Of a stretch of 62,294 nt of DNA, positions 38,485 through 48,734 are shown one piece after another. Origin of the DNA: an uncultured Clostridia bacterium (GTDB taxonomy: Bacteria > Bacillota > DTU025 > MWDF01); NCBI GenBank assembly GCA_964577435.1, contig CAZNZD010000003.1, positions 1 through 62,294 on the forward strand. Direction: 5' to 3'. A model generated the notes under the pieces. That model saw nothing but the letters and a program-made list of their open reading frames with translations, did no database searches and was not told the origin of the DNA. The position numbers were made by a program, and so were the translations under genes. Position 1 is the first letter of the stretch. The number at the start of each line of letters is the position of its first letter.

Positions 38485-39338
38485 TCCTGTATGGCCTTGG
38501 CCGCTTTAAGGGTGTTGCTCATGAGCATCGTTATCGTCATCGGCCCCACTCCTCCGGGAACTGGGGTGATCCAGCCTGCGACCTCCTTGGCCTCGTCGAA
38601 GTCCACGTCGCCTACAAGTTTCTTGGAGCCTTCGACCTTGTTGGTTCCGACGTCTATCACGACCGCGCCCGGTTTGATCCAGTCGCCCTTGATGAGCTTG
38701 GCCTTTCCAACCGCCGCCACGAGCACGTCAGCCCTGCGGCAGGCTTCGGCGAGGTCCTTCGTCCTTGAATGGCATATCGTAACCGTGGCGTGCTTCTCGA
38801 GAAGAAGCAGCGAGACGGGCTTTCCGACTATGTTGCTCCTTCCTACTACGACCGCGTTCTTTCCGGTGAGGTCCTGGCCGCTTCTTCTGATGAGCTCCAT
38901 TATCCCCGCGGGGGTGCACGACTTAAGGCACGGCCTTCCTATCATGAGGTTGCCTACGCTTACGGGATGGAACCCGTCGACGTCCTTCATAGGGTCTATA
39001 GTGCTTATGACCGCATCTGCGTCCATGTGCTTTGGAAGAGGCAGCTGCACTAGGATGCCGTCGATCTTCGGGTCGCAGTTGAGCCTGTTTACCAGGTCCA
39101 CCAGCTCGCACTGCGTAGTCGTGTCCGGCAGGGCATGCTCCTCGGAGTACATCCCCAGCTCAGCGCAGCCCTTCTTCTTGTTGTTCACATATGTCCTGCT
39201 GGCCGGGTCCTCACCTACGATGACTACTGCAAGTCCCGGGGGCCTTTTGTAAGTTTCGGCGAACTTCTCAACCTCGCACTTCAGGCCCTCCCTGATTTCG
39301 GCAGCGACTGCCTTCCCGTCGATTATAATGGCGGACAT
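38472..39338 (-). CDS. folD: Methylene-THF dehydrogenase/cyclohydrolase
   Basis: [50 protein letters not shown]. Confidence 0.96.
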   Translation of the reverse strand: MSAIIIDGKAVAAEIREGLKCEVEKFAETYKRPPGLAVVIVGEDPASRTYVNNKKKGCAELGMYSEEHALPDTTTQCELVDLVNRLNCDPKIDGILVQLPLPKHMDADAVISTIDPMKDVDGFHPVSVGNLMIGRPCLKSCTPAGIMELIRRSGQDLTGKNAVVVGRSNIVGKPVSLLLLEKHATVTICHSRTKDLAEACRRADVLVAAVGKAKLIKGDWIKPGAVVIDVGTNKVEGSKKLVGDVDFDEAKEVAGWITPVPGGVGPMTITMLMSNTLKAAKAIQECRK

Positions 39339-39342
39339 CCTG

Positions 39343-40773
39343 TTACCTCCCTTTTCCTGTAATCTCCCCGGCAAGCTGCTTGAAACGCCTGCCGCGCTCC
39401 TCGAAGTTGTTGAACATGTCGTAGCTCGCGCATGCAGGCGACATAAGCACCACATCGCCTTCTACAGCAGCCTTTGATGCCGCCATCACGGCATCGTCGA
39501 AAGTCGCAGCCCTCTCGATTTCGGGAAGCGCCCTTCCGGTCCTTGCCGCCGCTGAGGCGAATGCCTCTTCTATCTTTCCAGCCGTGATTCCGAGCGTGAC
39601 CAGATGCCTCACCTTGCCGAGGGCGATTTCCGCCATCCCGTCGAACGGAAGGTGCTTGTCGTATCCTCCCGCGATGAGGACTATGGGCCTGTCGAAGGCC
39701 TTAAGTGCCGCGATGGTCCTGGCGGGGCTGGTCGCTATCGAGTCGTTCACGTAAAGGACGCCGCCAGTCTCCCCAGCATGCTCCAGCCTGTGCTCGACTC
39801 CCGTGAAACCAAGCACTGCAGCGCGCATGTCCGAGGCCTCGGCCCCTGCCGCGGCCGATATCGCCATCGCCGCCAGCACGTTCAGTACGTTGTGCATCCC
39901 CGGTATCCTGATATCGTCCCTTGACATCACGGCCTCATCCGCACGGCCGGGCATCCTCAGGATAAGCTCGCCGCCTCTGAGGAAGGCGCCCGCGTCGACC
40001 TCGGTTTCTGAAGAGAACCAAAGCACGCGGCCCTTGCAGGCGGTGGAGAGGGATGCTGCCACAGGATCGTCCGCACCAAGCACCGCAGTAGAATCCTTCC
40101 CCTGGAAGGCGAGTATGTTCGCCTTCGACGATATGTAGTCCTCCATGCTCGGATGCACATCCAGGTGGTTCGGGGTGATGTTGAGCACCGCGGATATGTC
40201 GGGGCTTGTTCGGATGAACTTCAGCTGGAAGCTGGACATCTCAAGTACGGCGAAATCGCCCGCCGCGCCCTTGAGCACCTCCTCCACCAGCGGCTTTCCG
40301 ATGTTTCCCCCGACCATGACGGAGCCCTTGCCGCGGCGCCTGCAAGCTTGTTCGAGCATGAGGCCCACAAGGGTCGTCGTAGTGGTCTTGCCAGAGCTTC
40401 CCGTGATGCCGATCACCGGACATTCCGCAAGCTCTATCGTAAGCTCTATCTCGTAGGCGAACTTGACGCCCGCCGCCTTTGCTGAGAGGAAGTCCGGCCT
40501 GTCGGGGTTTATGCCGGGAGACGGGAAGAAGTAATCGAAGCAGCTTATCCCATCTAAGGAATCAGTGCCGGCCCGAAGCTCGTAGACCGAGCCTCTCAGC
40601 TGGTCCAGCTGCGAGGCGAGCTCCTGCTGGCTTTTCTTGTCGAATACGGTAACTCTTGCCCCTGAGCCGGAAAGAAGCCTCACCAGGGGCACGCTTGTGC
40701 GGCCGAGCCCCGCTATCGCTACCCTCTTGCCCTCGAATGCCCTAAGTATCCTTCTTTGCCTCTCAGTAGCCAT
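39343..40773 (-). CDS. murD: UDP-MurNAc-L-Ala:D-Glu ligase
   Basis: [51 protein letters not shown]. Confidence 0.94.
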   Translation of the reverse strand: MATERQRRILRAFEGKRVAIAGLGRTSVPLVRLLSGSGARVTVFDKKSQQELASQLDQLRGSVYELRAGTDSLDGISCFDYFFPSPGINPDRPDFLSAKAAGVKFAYEIELTIELAECPVIGITGSSGKTTTTTLVGLMLEQACRRRGKGSVMVGGNIGKPLVEEVLKGAAGDFAVLEMSSFQLKFIRTSPDISAVLNITPNHLDVHPSMEDYISSKANILAFQGKDSTAVLGADDPVAASLSTACKGRVLWFSSETEVDAGAFLRGGELILRMPGRADEAVMSRDDIRIPGMHNVLNVLAAMAISAAAGAEASDMRAAVLGFTGVEHRLEHAGETGGVLYVNDSIATSPARTIAALKAFDRPIVLIAGGYDKHLPFDGMAEIALGKVRHLVTLGITAGKIEEAFASAAARTGRALPEIERAATFDDAVMAASKAAVEGDVVLMSPACASYDMFNNFEERGRRFKQLAGEITGKGR

Positions 40774-40813
40774 GTAATCCTCCGGCAGTCCAATCGGCAT
40801 GGGCTGCTTGTTC

Positions 40814-41956
40814 CTATAGCCCCTTGCCTGCGGCGAACAGCCTGACCGCGTTTTCCGCCGTGTCCGCCAGAAGCGCCTCAGCGTCCTTGAGGGAAGACTC
40901 AAGCGTCATCGGCCCGCTGGGTATGGCGAAAAGGGCCTCGACACCGAGCTCGTACAGGTCCCTCGCTCCGGCGGCTATGCTGCCGCTGATAAGTATAACA
41001 GGAATCTTGTGCACCTTGGCCGCCTTGGCCACTCCCATGGGCGTTTTTCCGAACTTGGTCTGGAAGTCGGTCCTGCCCTCGCCGCTTATTACGAGGTCGG
41101 CTCCTTTGCACTTCTCCGTAAGGCCTGTTGCCTCGACGACTATCTCGACGCCCCTTCGCAGGGTCGCGCCGCAGAAGGTCATGAGGCCTGCTCCCAAGCC
41201 CCCGGCGGCCCCTGCGCCCGGCACTTCCGATACGTCCCTGCCGAGCTGCCTTTTCACCACATGGGCGTAATTTGCAAGGGCCGCGTCCAGGTACTCGACG
41301 TCAGAGGGAGTCGCGCCCTTCTGGGGACCATAGACTGCAGATGCGCCCTTCGGACCTGTAAGAGGGTTGTCGACGTCGCATGCTACGATGAACTCCACCC
41401 CGGATAGCCTCTTATCTAGGCCGCTTATATCGATTGACGCAAGTCCGTGAAGCGCAGCCCCACCCGGTTCAGGAAGCGGTCTGCCGTCGGATCCGAGGAA
41501 CCTTGCTCCCAGCGCCTCCGCCATCCCCCTGCCCCCGTCATTGGTGGCAGAGCCCCCTATTCCCATGATCACCCTTCTGGCTCCCATGCCGATGGCCTCG
41601 AGAATCAGCTCGCCGGTGCCTATGGTGCTGGTTATCCTCGGGTTCCTCTCCCCCTGCCTAAGCATGGGCAGGCCCGATGCCGCCGCCATCTCTATGACCG
41701 CCGTCCTGCCGTCACCCATCATCCCGAAGAAGGACTTGACCCTCCTTCCCAGCGGGTCATGGACCGTCTTCTCGACCACCTTGCCGCCGGAGACGTCCAC
41801 CAGGGACTGCACAGTGCCCTCCCCGCCGTCTGCCATGGGGACTTTGACCACCTCCGCCTCCGGAAACCGCCTTCTTATCCCATTCTCCAGGGCGTCGCAC
41901 ACTTCGACCGCCGTAAGGCAGCCCTTGAAAGAGTCGGGGGCAAGCACGATCTTCAT
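40814..41956 (-). CDS. glxK: Glycerate kinase (GlxK/GarK family)
   Basis: APDSFKG, PMADGGEGT, IGGSATNDGG, GAGAAGGLG, GEGRTDFQT. Confidence 0.93.
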   Translation of the reverse strand: MKIVLAPDSFKGCLTAVEVCDALENGIRRRFPEAEVVKVPMADGGEGTVQSLVDVSGGKVVEKTVHDPLGRRVKSFFGMMGDGRTAVIEMAAASGLPMLRQGERNPRITSTIGTGELILEAIGMGARRVIMGIGGSATNDGGRGMAEALGARFLGSDGRPLPEPGGAALHGLASIDISGLDKRLSGVEFIVACDVDNPLTGPKGASAVYGPQKGATPSDVEYLDAALANYAHVVKRQLGRDVSEVPGAGAAGGLGAGLMTFCGATLRRGVEIVVEATGLTEKCKGADLVISGEGRTDFQTKFGKTPMGVAKAAKVHKIPVILISGSIAAGARDLYELGVEALFAIPSGPMTLESSLKDAEALLADTAENAVRLFAAGKGL

Positions 41957-43254
41957 TGCGGCAATCCTCCTTCGTCTCCTTTGATGTACATCCAGGCGAG
42001 CATAAGAAGCTTCTGCCTGTCGTTAAGCTCCGGCGAATCCAATACGTCGAGGTAGATCCTGTTCATGACGGCCTTGACCCTCGGGCCCTTCTCGCCGTTA
42101 AGAAGGCTGACTACATCAGACCCTCTTATCTTAAGCTCCTCCATAGAAAGGGGCGGATCCTCGGCAAGCACCGATTCCACCCTCCTAGCCTCCGCCCTCC
42201 AGTCGGAATCCGGGCGGAACAGGCTGTCATACCAGCCTCTTAGGGTGAGCCCCTCCTTGACGGATTCCTTGCCAATGAGCGCTGCCCACCTTCTGACCGA
42301 CGGCCCGTCCGTGAGCTCATATCCCTCGTATAACCCCTCGGCAAGCCTGACAGCGTGAAGCCTGGCGGCCTTAGGCAGCCTCAGGGAGTCGAGCCTTCCT
42401 GCCAGCGCCGACTGCACCCTCTGAGGACCTCCGGGCTCGGATGAGGAGATGAACGCCGCAATACGCATGAGGGCATCCTCAGGGAGCAGCGCGATGCTGC
42501 GGGCTGCTGTCATCATGAGCGCCTTATCCAGGCCGGGGAAGACCGCCTCCGCAAGCCCCAGCTCGACTAGCAAGCCCAGGGCCTCCGAGGCGCAGGGGCC
42601 CAGCACCATCCTTCCCAGCTCCATGGCCTTCCGTTCCCCGGAGATGTGCACGATGCCATGGCTTTCAGACCTGATCGCCTCCTTGACGCCGCCGTCCACC
42701 CCGAAACAGAGCACCGAGCAGAACCTTAGTGCCCGAAGCATCCTCAAAGCATCCTCTGAGAACCTCTCCCGGGGGTCCCCCACCGCCCTTATGAGCCTTG
42801 CTTCGATATCCCTCAGGCCTCCGAAGGGGTCGATAAGGCGGCCCTCGAACGGGTCCCAGGCCATTGCGTTCATGGTGAAGTCGCGTCGGGAGAGGTCCTG
42901 CTCTACCTCCCCTACATACCCCACGCTGTCCGGCCTTCTGGAATCGCTGTATGCCCCCTCGGTCCTGAAAGTGGTGATGTCTACGGTCCCGTCGCCGAAT
43001 ATCGCCATGACGGAGCCATGCCGCTCCCCAAGAGGAGCATTATGAGGAAATAGCTGCTTGACCCTTTCAGGCCGGGCGGATGTGGCGATGTCCCAGTCGT
43101 CGGTTCCACCTCTGACATAGATGTCCCTTATGGCCCCTCCGACGATGAAGGCGCTGTGACCGTCCTCCTTGAGGCGCAGCAGCGCCTCCCTCACCCTTTG
43201 AGGAAGCTCAGACGGCTCAGGGAGCCTTCTTTCCATCATGTCCGGAACATGCAT
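41953..43254 (-). CDS. cca: CCA tRNA nucleotidyltransferase (class II)
   Basis: VGGAIRD, DWDIAT, DLSRRDFTMNA, EDALRMLRALRF; flexible loop YSDSRRP present; no poly(A)-polymerase GRRF signature seen. Confidence 0.85.
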   Translation of the reverse strand: MHVPDMMERRLPEPSELPQRVREALLRLKEDGHSAFIVGGAIRDIYVRGGTDDWDIATSARPERVKQLFPHNAPLGERHGSVMAIFGDGTVDITTFRTEGAYSDSRRPDSVGYVGEVEQDLSRRDFTMNAMAWDPFEGRLIDPFGGLRDIEARLIRAVGDPRERFSEDALRMLRALRFCSVLCFGVDGGVKEAIRSESHGIVHISGERKAMELGRMVLGPCASEALGLLVELGLAEAVFPGLDKALMMTAARSIALLPEDALMRIAAFISSSEPGGPQRVQSALAGRLDSLRLPKAARLHAVRLAEGLYEGYELTDGPSVRRWAALIGKESVKEGLTLRGWYDSLFRPDSDWRAEARRVESVLAEDPPLSMEELKIRGSDVVSLLNGEKGPRVKAVMNRIYLDVLDSPELNDRQKLLMLAWMYIKGDEGGLPQ

Positions 43255-43277
43255 GCCATGCCGCCTTCCGCGCCTGT

Positions 43278-43306
43278 TTCACGCCTTCGCCGATACGCAC
43301 TATAAT
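43278..43306 (+). promoter_or_regulatory. Possible sigma-A promoter for the ECF operon
   Basis: TTCACG-N17-TATAAT. Confidence 0.4.
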
Positions 43307-43312
43307 GATTAC

Positions 43313-43340
43313 GGGAACAACTTTCGATTCCCTGTCGTTA
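43313..43340 (+). promoter_or_regulatory. ECF sigma-type promoter (autoregulatory candidate)
   Basis: GGGAACA-N16-CGTTA, matching the GGAAC...CGTT consensus of SigE/SigH/SigR-type ECF sigmas, ~65 nt upstream of the ECF gene. Confidence 0.65.
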
Positions 43341-43405
43341 TTCTGAACTGAACGACATCTCTAGTCAATTTCGGGCCCATATGCCCAAGCAATGGAGGAA
43401 ATCGA

Positions 43406-44008
43406 ATGCTCAATATTCTTGCCGAGCGGACTTTGGCCACAGCCGCCGGCGGGATGTCCCGGGCCGAGGAATTCGAGCAGCTAATGCGCAAGCATCAGGG
43501 CTCGGTATATAACGCCGCGCTCAGGATGACGGGAAACCCCGAGGACGCTAAGGACCTGGCTCAGGACGCCTTCGTCAGGGCATACCGCTCCTTCGACAGC
43601 TACAAAAAGGATACGGCCTTCGACAAATGGCTGTACAGGATAGTGACCAACCTTTTCATAGACGAGGTAAGGAAGAGAAAGAGGCGCCCCGAGACCGAAT
43701 CGTACGACGCTCCGGTCAGGACCGAGGAGGGCAGCATGCAAAGGGAGCTGCCAGACCACGGGGCGGACCCCTTCATAGTACTGGACAAGAATGCGATGGA
43801 CAGCAGGGTATCGGCGGCGCTTCAGGCGCTTCAGCCGGAGTTCAGGATGGTAGTGATCCTTTGCGACATCGAGGGTTTCTCCTACGAGGAGATCGCAGGG
43901 ATCATGAACACATCCATAGGCACGGTAAGAAGCAGGCTCCACAGGGCCAGGAAGGCCCTTAGGGAGGCGCTGGCGCCCCACTTCGATGCCCAAAGGAGGA
44001 TCAATTAG
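43406..44008 (+). CDS. ECF RNA polymerase sigma factor
   Basis: DAKDLAQDAFVRAY, FDKWLYRIVTN, EGFSYEEIA, GTVRSRLHRAR. Confidence 0.93.
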   Translation: MLNILAERTLATAAGGMSRAEEFEQLMRKHQGSVYNAALRMTGNPEDAKDLAQDAFVRAYRSFDSYKKDTAFDKWLYRIVTNLFIDEVRKRKRRPETESYDAPVRTEEGSMQRELPDHGADPFIVLDKNAMDSRVSAALQALQPEFRMVVILCDIEGFSYEEIAGIMNTSIGTVRSRLHRARKALREALAPHFDAQRRIN

Positions 44009-44650
44009 ATGACTTGCAGCAAGTATGAGAGGCTGCTTTCCGCCTTCCTCGACAGGGAGCTGACAAGCGAGGAGACGGCGATGGTCAAAAGGCATGTCAT
44101 CGAGTGCGCCAGCTGCGCAAGGCTGCTCGATGAGTTCGAAAGGATCAAAGAGGCGCTGGAGCAGCTGGAGCCCGCCGAGGAGCCGGATGGCGCCTTCGAC
44201 ATGGGCATAATACGCACCAGGGCCCTGCAGCTTGAGATGGAGGAGGAGGGCGCAACAGGCGGCACAAGGCGATACGGGCTGTTCTCCTTCCTTGGAAGGG
44301 CTCTGCTTCCTGCGGCGCTGGTAGGCACGCTCATCGCCATCCCGATCCTGCAGTTTGCGTTCAACGTCAATATAACGGGGGCCATAGCGGGCCTTGTGAC
44401 AAGGCAGCCCCTGGAGGACCAGCTGGATGAGACCGCCGAGGTGATACTCCCGGACCTCAATCCCGGCGGCATAGGGACCCTGGGCACGCCTGTAGTCAGC
44501 AGCGCATCCTACGGCACGCTTACCCTGGGCTCCTCCCAGGCGCAGTCCGACCTTATACTGACGATAGACGACCCAAGGCTTTCAAGGTATGTGCAGACCT
44601 TCGAGACTTCGGGCTCATACAGCCCGGCTTCATACAGAAGCAATTGGTGA
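44009..44650 (+). CDS. Zinc-finger (ZAS, zf-HC2) anti-sigma factor with TM helix
   Basis: HVIECASC (HxxxCxxC); TM ALLPAALVGTLIAIPILQF; directly after the sigma gene. Confidence 0.85.
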   Translation: MTCSKYERLLSAFLDRELTSEETAMVKRHVIECASCARLLDEFERIKEALEQLEPAEEPDGAFDMGIIRTRALQLEMEEEGATGGTRRYGLFSFLGRALLPAALVGTLIAIPILQFAFNVNITGAIAGLVTRQPLEDQLDETAEVILPDLNPGGIGTLGTPVVSSASYGTLTLGSSQAQSDLILTIDDPRLSRYVQTFETSGSYSPASYRSNW

Positions 44651-44672
44651 GTAAGAAAACGGGAGTGATAGA

Positions 44673-45884
44673 ATGTCCGAAAAGGGCGGAGTATACAAGG
44701 TTGTAGCATTCATAGTCATTGTCGCATGCCTTCTGGCGGTCGGCATGGTTCTTTACGACGGATGGGACAGGCTTGCGCTGAGCAGGCAATCAAACGAGGC
44801 GGGGGAGACAGAAGACGGCTCCGGTGACGGGCTTGAGGGTTCAGGCGGCCTATTTGAAGGTGGAGCAGCGCTTCCCTCCTCAGGGACGAGTTACGCATCG
44901 GCCCTTCCTCCTATAGCGGACGTGGCGGAGGCGGTAAGCCCGGCGGTGGTGAGAATCGACGTCACCAAGACCGTATCCCAGTCCCCAGAGGGCAATTACG
45001 GCATCCTTGGGGACATATTCAGAAACTTCGGCGACTACCAGTACGAGCAGCAGGGCTCAGGCTCAGGCTTCATCATATCCTCCGACGGTTACATAGTGAC
45101 CAACCACCACGTGATTGACGGCATGAACGAGATAAAGGTCACGCTTCTGGACGGAAGGACCTACGACGCGAAGCTCATCGGAAGCTACTCAGCCTACGAC
45201 GTCGCGGTAATAAAGGTGGAGGCCAGCGGCCTTCCGTATGCGGTGCTTGGCAACTCCAAGGACCTGCGTCCCGGGGAGTGGGTCGTAGCCATAGGGAACC
45301 CCCACGGCTTCGAGCACACGGTCACAGCCGGGATAGTAAGCGCCATCGAGAGGAACCTTGCAAACGTCGAAGGGGCTGAGGATATCTCGCAGGCCGAGCT
45401 GATACAGACAGACGCTGCGATCAACTCCGGAAACAGCGGCGGGCCCCTTATCAACATGGACGGCAAGATAGTCGGCATCAATACTGCGATAATCCCGTAC
45501 GCCCAGGGCATCAGCTTCGCGATTTCCATCGATTCGGTCAAGGATGCCATTCAGTCGCTGAAGCAGACCGGCAAATACGCAAGGCCCTGGATCGGCATCT
45601 GGTATTACGCTCTGGACGCAGATGCGGCGGAGCAGCTCGGCATCAAGGAGACGGCCGGCATATACGTCGCTGATGTCGCAGAAGACGGCCCGGCCTCGAG
45701 GGCGGGGATGAAGAAGGGCGACGTCATCAAGGCGTTTGACGGGGTCTCCACAGAGGGCAAGTTCAACCTGGCCCTGAAGGTCAGGGAGAAACAGATAGGC
45801 GACAGCATCAAGCTGACAATAGTGAGAAACGGGAAGAAGATGGACATAAACCTGACTTTAGCTGCAGCACCCGACGAGCAGTAA
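44673..45884 (+). CDS. htrA: HtrA/DegP serine protease with PDZ domain and N-terminal anchor
   Basis: GSGFII, TNHHV, DVAVIK, QTDAAINSGNSGGPL; PDZ (GPASRAGMKKGDVI). Confidence 0.93.
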   Translation: MSEKGGVYKVVAFIVIVACLLAVGMVLYDGWDRLALSRQSNEAGETEDGSGDGLEGSGGLFEGGAALPSSGTSYASALPPIADVAEAVSPAVVRIDVTKTVSQSPEGNYGILGDIFRNFGDYQYEQQGSGSGFIISSDGYIVTNHHVIDGMNEIKVTLLDGRTYDAKLIGSYSAYDVAVIKVEASGLPYAVLGNSKDLRPGEWVVAIGNPHGFEHTVTAGIVSAIERNLANVEGAEDISQAELIQTDAAINSGNSGGPLINMDGKIVGINTAIIPYAQGISFAISIDSVKDAIQSLKQTGKYARPWIGIWYYALDADAAEQLGIKETAGIYVADVAEDGPASRAGMKKGDVIKAFDGVSTEGKFNLALKVREKQIGDSIKLTIVRNGKKMDINLTLAAAPDEQ

Positions 45885-45903
45885 CCAGGGCTTGGAAAGA
45901 GCA

Positions 45904-45934
45904 AGGCGCCGCGGGCATGATGCCAGCGGCGCCT
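45904..45934. terminator. Hairpin between convergent genes
   Basis: aggcgccgc ... gcggcgcct. Confidence 0.55.
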
Positions 45935-45952
45935 CTCTTATTGATTATATTG

Positions 45953-46576
45953 CTATTTGTCGTCCGGCCTTACATAACCGCCCGAGACAATCAGCTTCAG
46001 CGCCTCCTCGACGCTCACGTTGAGGGTTATCAGGTCCTCATCGGGCACGAGTATCAGCCAGCCGGTCGTCGGGTTCGGAGAAGACACCATGAACACGGAG
46101 CATAGGTGCTTTCCCATCTTGGCCTCCATCTGCCTGCCAAGCTCCCCCATATCCTCGGAGGTGACGAAGCCTATGCTCCAGACGCCCGCCTTGGGGTACT
46201 CGAGCATCACGACGCGCTTGAACATGTTCTTGTCGCTTCCGGAGAGCAGGGCATTGGTAAGCTGCTTCAAGGTGCCGTAGAGGGGCCTGATGAGAGGAAG
46301 CTTCGAGACTGTAAGCTCCATCCACTTCATGACCTTCTTTGTGATCCACCCTCTTGTGAGCATGCCGGCCACAAGCGTGATGATAAGCCCGGATACCAGC
46401 CCGACGCCAGGAAGCGGCTTCCCCGCTATCTTGATGACGATTGGGCTCAAGACCCCGTCCAGAAGGTTGAACGACCATATGAGGACATAGATTGTCAGGA
46501 CTATCGGGGCAACCAGGAGCAGGCCCGCTATCAGATAGTCCTTGAGCCTTACCAGGAAAGTGGGCGGCTTGACCAT
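45953..46576 (-). CDS. DUF502 membrane protein
   Basis: AGLLLVAPIVLT, LPLIRPLY, LEYPKAGVWSIGFVT, SPNPTTGW, VEEALKLIVSGG. Confidence 0.88.
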   Translation of the reverse strand: MVKPPTFLVRLKDYLIAGLLLVAPIVLTIYVLIWSFNLLDGVLSPIVIKIAGKPLPGVGLVSGLIITLVAGMLTRGWITKKVMKWMELTVSKLPLIRPLYGTLKQLTNALLSGSDKNMFKRVVMLEYPKAGVWSIGFVTSEDMGELGRQMEAKMGKHLCSVFMVSSPNPTTGWLILVPDEDLITLNVSVEEALKLIVSGGYVRPDDK

Positions 46577-46585
46577 TAAATCACC

Positions 46586-46978
46586 TTATTCCATGGAAAG
46601 GGTGATTTCGGGGTTCTTCTCGATGGTCACTGAGACGGTGCAGTACTTCTTCGTTATCTGAACAATCCTTGCCTTGGTGTCCGCATCAAGTTCGGGAGCT
46701 CCTTCGAGGCTCAGAGTGCACTTTATCCTGTTGCCGTACCTGATCTTCTCGTCGACCATGTAGAGAAGGGCGTTCATGACGATCTTCTCATACCCTATCT
46801 GCATCTTCCCAAGAATCGACTGCGCAGTAAGCCCCAAACAGCTTAAAAGCCCCACAAGCAGGTAGCCTACAGGATTTTCGGGCTTATCGAGCTCGCCTGT
46901 CTCATTGAATATTCGGGTACTCCCATCCTTGTCGATCTTCAGCGTGTAATTGTAGACGTCCTTGTTTGCCATTCTCAT
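46586..46978 (-). CDS. OsmC/Ohr family protein
   Basis: NPVGYLLVGLLSCLG ... KKYCTVSVTI (two conserved Cys). Confidence 0.8.
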   Translation of the reverse strand: MRMANKDVYNYTLKIDKDGSTRIFNETGELDKPENPVGYLLVGLLSCLGLTAQSILGKMQIGYEKIVMNALLYMVDEKIRYGNRIKCTLSLEGAPELDADTKARIVQITKKYCTVSVTIEKNPEITLSME

Positions 46979-46987
46979 CCCTCCACC

Positions 46988-47437
46988 CTATCTTCTCTTG
47001 TAAAGAATCCTGCCATCCTGGATGATCTTCATCGCCGCCCCCTGCGCCACGAGACCTGAAAGGCCTGACATTATCTCATCCGCATTGGCCAGGCCGCTGA
47101 GCTTCTCTTCAAGCGAATACGCGCTCACAGGCTTCACTCCGAGGTGCGCTCTCACGACCGTGCCCACGGACGTCCTCCTTGATGGCAGCAGCTCATCGGG
47201 GATTACCACCGTGACCCCCTTGTTTCCGATCATCTCACCACTAATATATCTTACCTTGTCCGGGTATGCATCCATGAGGACCATGAGGGCGCTTCTTATG
47301 TCCCCTCCAACCCCCGAGGAGCCGTAGCCGTGCACTACCTCGAGCCTCTCCCCTCCTTCCGAAAGAAGCCTGTTGTAATGGGCTATGAAAAGCTCTATCG
47401 CATCCCTTGTCCTCATTCCGTGCAGGTCGATCTTCAT
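46988..47437 (-). CDS. Smr/MutS2 domain protein with C-terminal extension
   Basis: KIDLHGM, EVVHGYGS, GNKGVTVV; GGAGG SD before ATG 47437. Confidence 0.82.
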   Translation of the reverse strand: MKIDLHGMRTRDAIELFIAHYNRLLSEGGERLEVVHGYGSSGVGGDIRSALMVLMDAYPDKVRYISGEMIGNKGVTVVIPDELLPSRRTSVGTVVRAHLGVKPVSAYSLEEKLSGLANADEIMSGLSGLVAQGAAMKIIQDGRILYKRR

Positions 47438-47502
47438 GCCGCCCTCCAGCTTATGTAAGACAAAGCCGCAGGGCCGTACGACCTCCGCGGCTGTTATTCC
47501 TA

Positions 47503-47577
47503 TGGAGCCGGTGATGGGAGTTGAACCCGCGACCCGCGCATTACGAATGCGCTGCTCTACCACTGAGCTACACCGGC
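47503..47577 (-). tRNA. tRNA-Thr(CGT)
   Basis: gccggtg acceptor stem, gcgca-tt-CGT-aa-tgcgc anticodon arm, TTCAA T-loop, encoded CCA. Confidence 0.95.
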
Positions 47578-47656
47578 AGACCCTATAGCAAAGATGATTT
47601 TACCAACTGGATGCAAGCATGTCAATTTGCAGCATCCATAAGCGATGCTGGCGCGG

Positions 47657-48598
47657 CTATATACTGAAGCCCGCCCCTGTCGATCCAAGCAGCATCCCGA
47701 AGGCCCTGTCGAAACCCTTGTAGCTCATGTTTATCGGGCCAGCGAAGAACGACTGGAAGGCGGAAGGGCGCGCTCCGGGTATCCAATGTCCCTGCTTGTC
47801 AACGTAATCGGCAATGAGCATAACTTTGCCGAACGCATCCTTGTATTGAAGTCGGTAGCCCCCCTCCTTCAGCTCTGTCCGGGAGGCGGATGCCTCAAGC
47901 CCCATAGCGGATGCCCAATACTCGATGTTCTCCTGGGCGGCGGGCACGTTCTGCTGCGGGGACGTCCCTTCCTTCCCCTCGATGGGAAGTATCGAATCCT
48001 GAAGCCCGTTTATTATAAGCGTCGGGATGGGAGGTATGGCTTTGGGCACGGTGAGCTTGTAGAACCTTCCCATTATCGACGCCAGGCCAGCGAACCTGCC
48101 GGGGTTCAGCCCCGCCAGGTAATGCGCGAAGAAGGCGCCGTTCGAATGCCCGCCGAGGAATACCCTTCCGGCGTCGGCCCCGTTCTGGGCTATGAAGTCG
48201 TTTATAAGCCAGCTTACGAAGCCGGCATCATCAACGAACTCGTTTCTGTCCTGCACCTGGCCCATGTCCCATACCCTGGGATTAAGGATCCATGGAGCGG
48301 ATTTAACCTTAAGTGCCAGCCCGTTGGGCATTAGAAGCGCGATCGAGTGCTTGTCGGCCGCCTCAAGCATGCCGGTGCCCTTCCTGTAGTCCCTGAAGCC
48401 CAGCGTGAAGCCATGGAAAAACACCATGACAGGGCCTCCCCTCTTCCAGGAGGCCGGGATATAGGTGGCATATTCCCTCTCATACCCGTCATATTTGACC
48501 TTGGCCTCGGTCCATGTGCCGTCAGCCGCGTATGCCGATGCGGCGGATGATGCCACAACCGCTGCAACCAGAAGCAGTATAAGAATCCTAGAGCGCAT
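47657..48598 (-). CDS. Secreted PHB-depolymerase/LpqC-like esterase (alpha/beta hydrolase)
   Basis: Signal peptide; FFHG, DDAGFVS, GHSNGA nucleophile elbow, INGLQD, GHWIP. Confidence 0.85.
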   Translation of the reverse strand: MRSRILILLLVAAVVASSAASAYAADGTWTEAKVKYDGYEREYATYIPASWKRGGPVMVFFHGFTLGFRDYRKGTGMLEAADKHSIALLMPNGLALKVKSAPWILNPRVWDMGQVQDRNEFVDDAGFVSWLINDFIAQNGADAGRVFLGGHSNGAFFAHYLAGLNPGRFAGLASIMGRFYKLTVPKAIPPIPTLIINGLQDSILPIEGKEGTSPQQNVPAAQENIEYWASAMGLEASASRTELKEGGYRLQYKDAFGKVMLIADYVDKQGHWIPGARPSAFQSFFAGPINMSYKGFDRAFGMLLGSTGAGFSI

Positions 48599-48734
48599 CA
48601 GTGCACCTCCGTAGGCAGTCTAACCAATAAAACGATTCTACCATCACGGGCATTCCATAGTAACCAAGTTTCACGAAATCCCTTATGGGAGCGCTTCAAC
48701 CGCATGCGTGATAGAATTATCTCATTGAGGAGGG

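Noticed and set aside
41953-43254. Poly(A) polymerase or CC-only adding enzyme
   Set aside because: No GRRF-type PAP signature, and the flexible loop is present, so CCA-adding is the simpler call. A-only adding cannot be excluded.
46988-47563. 191-aa Smr ORF as given in the ORF track
   Set aside because: Its N-terminal extension runs through tRNA-Thr; the real start is ATG 47437 with a GGAGG SD.
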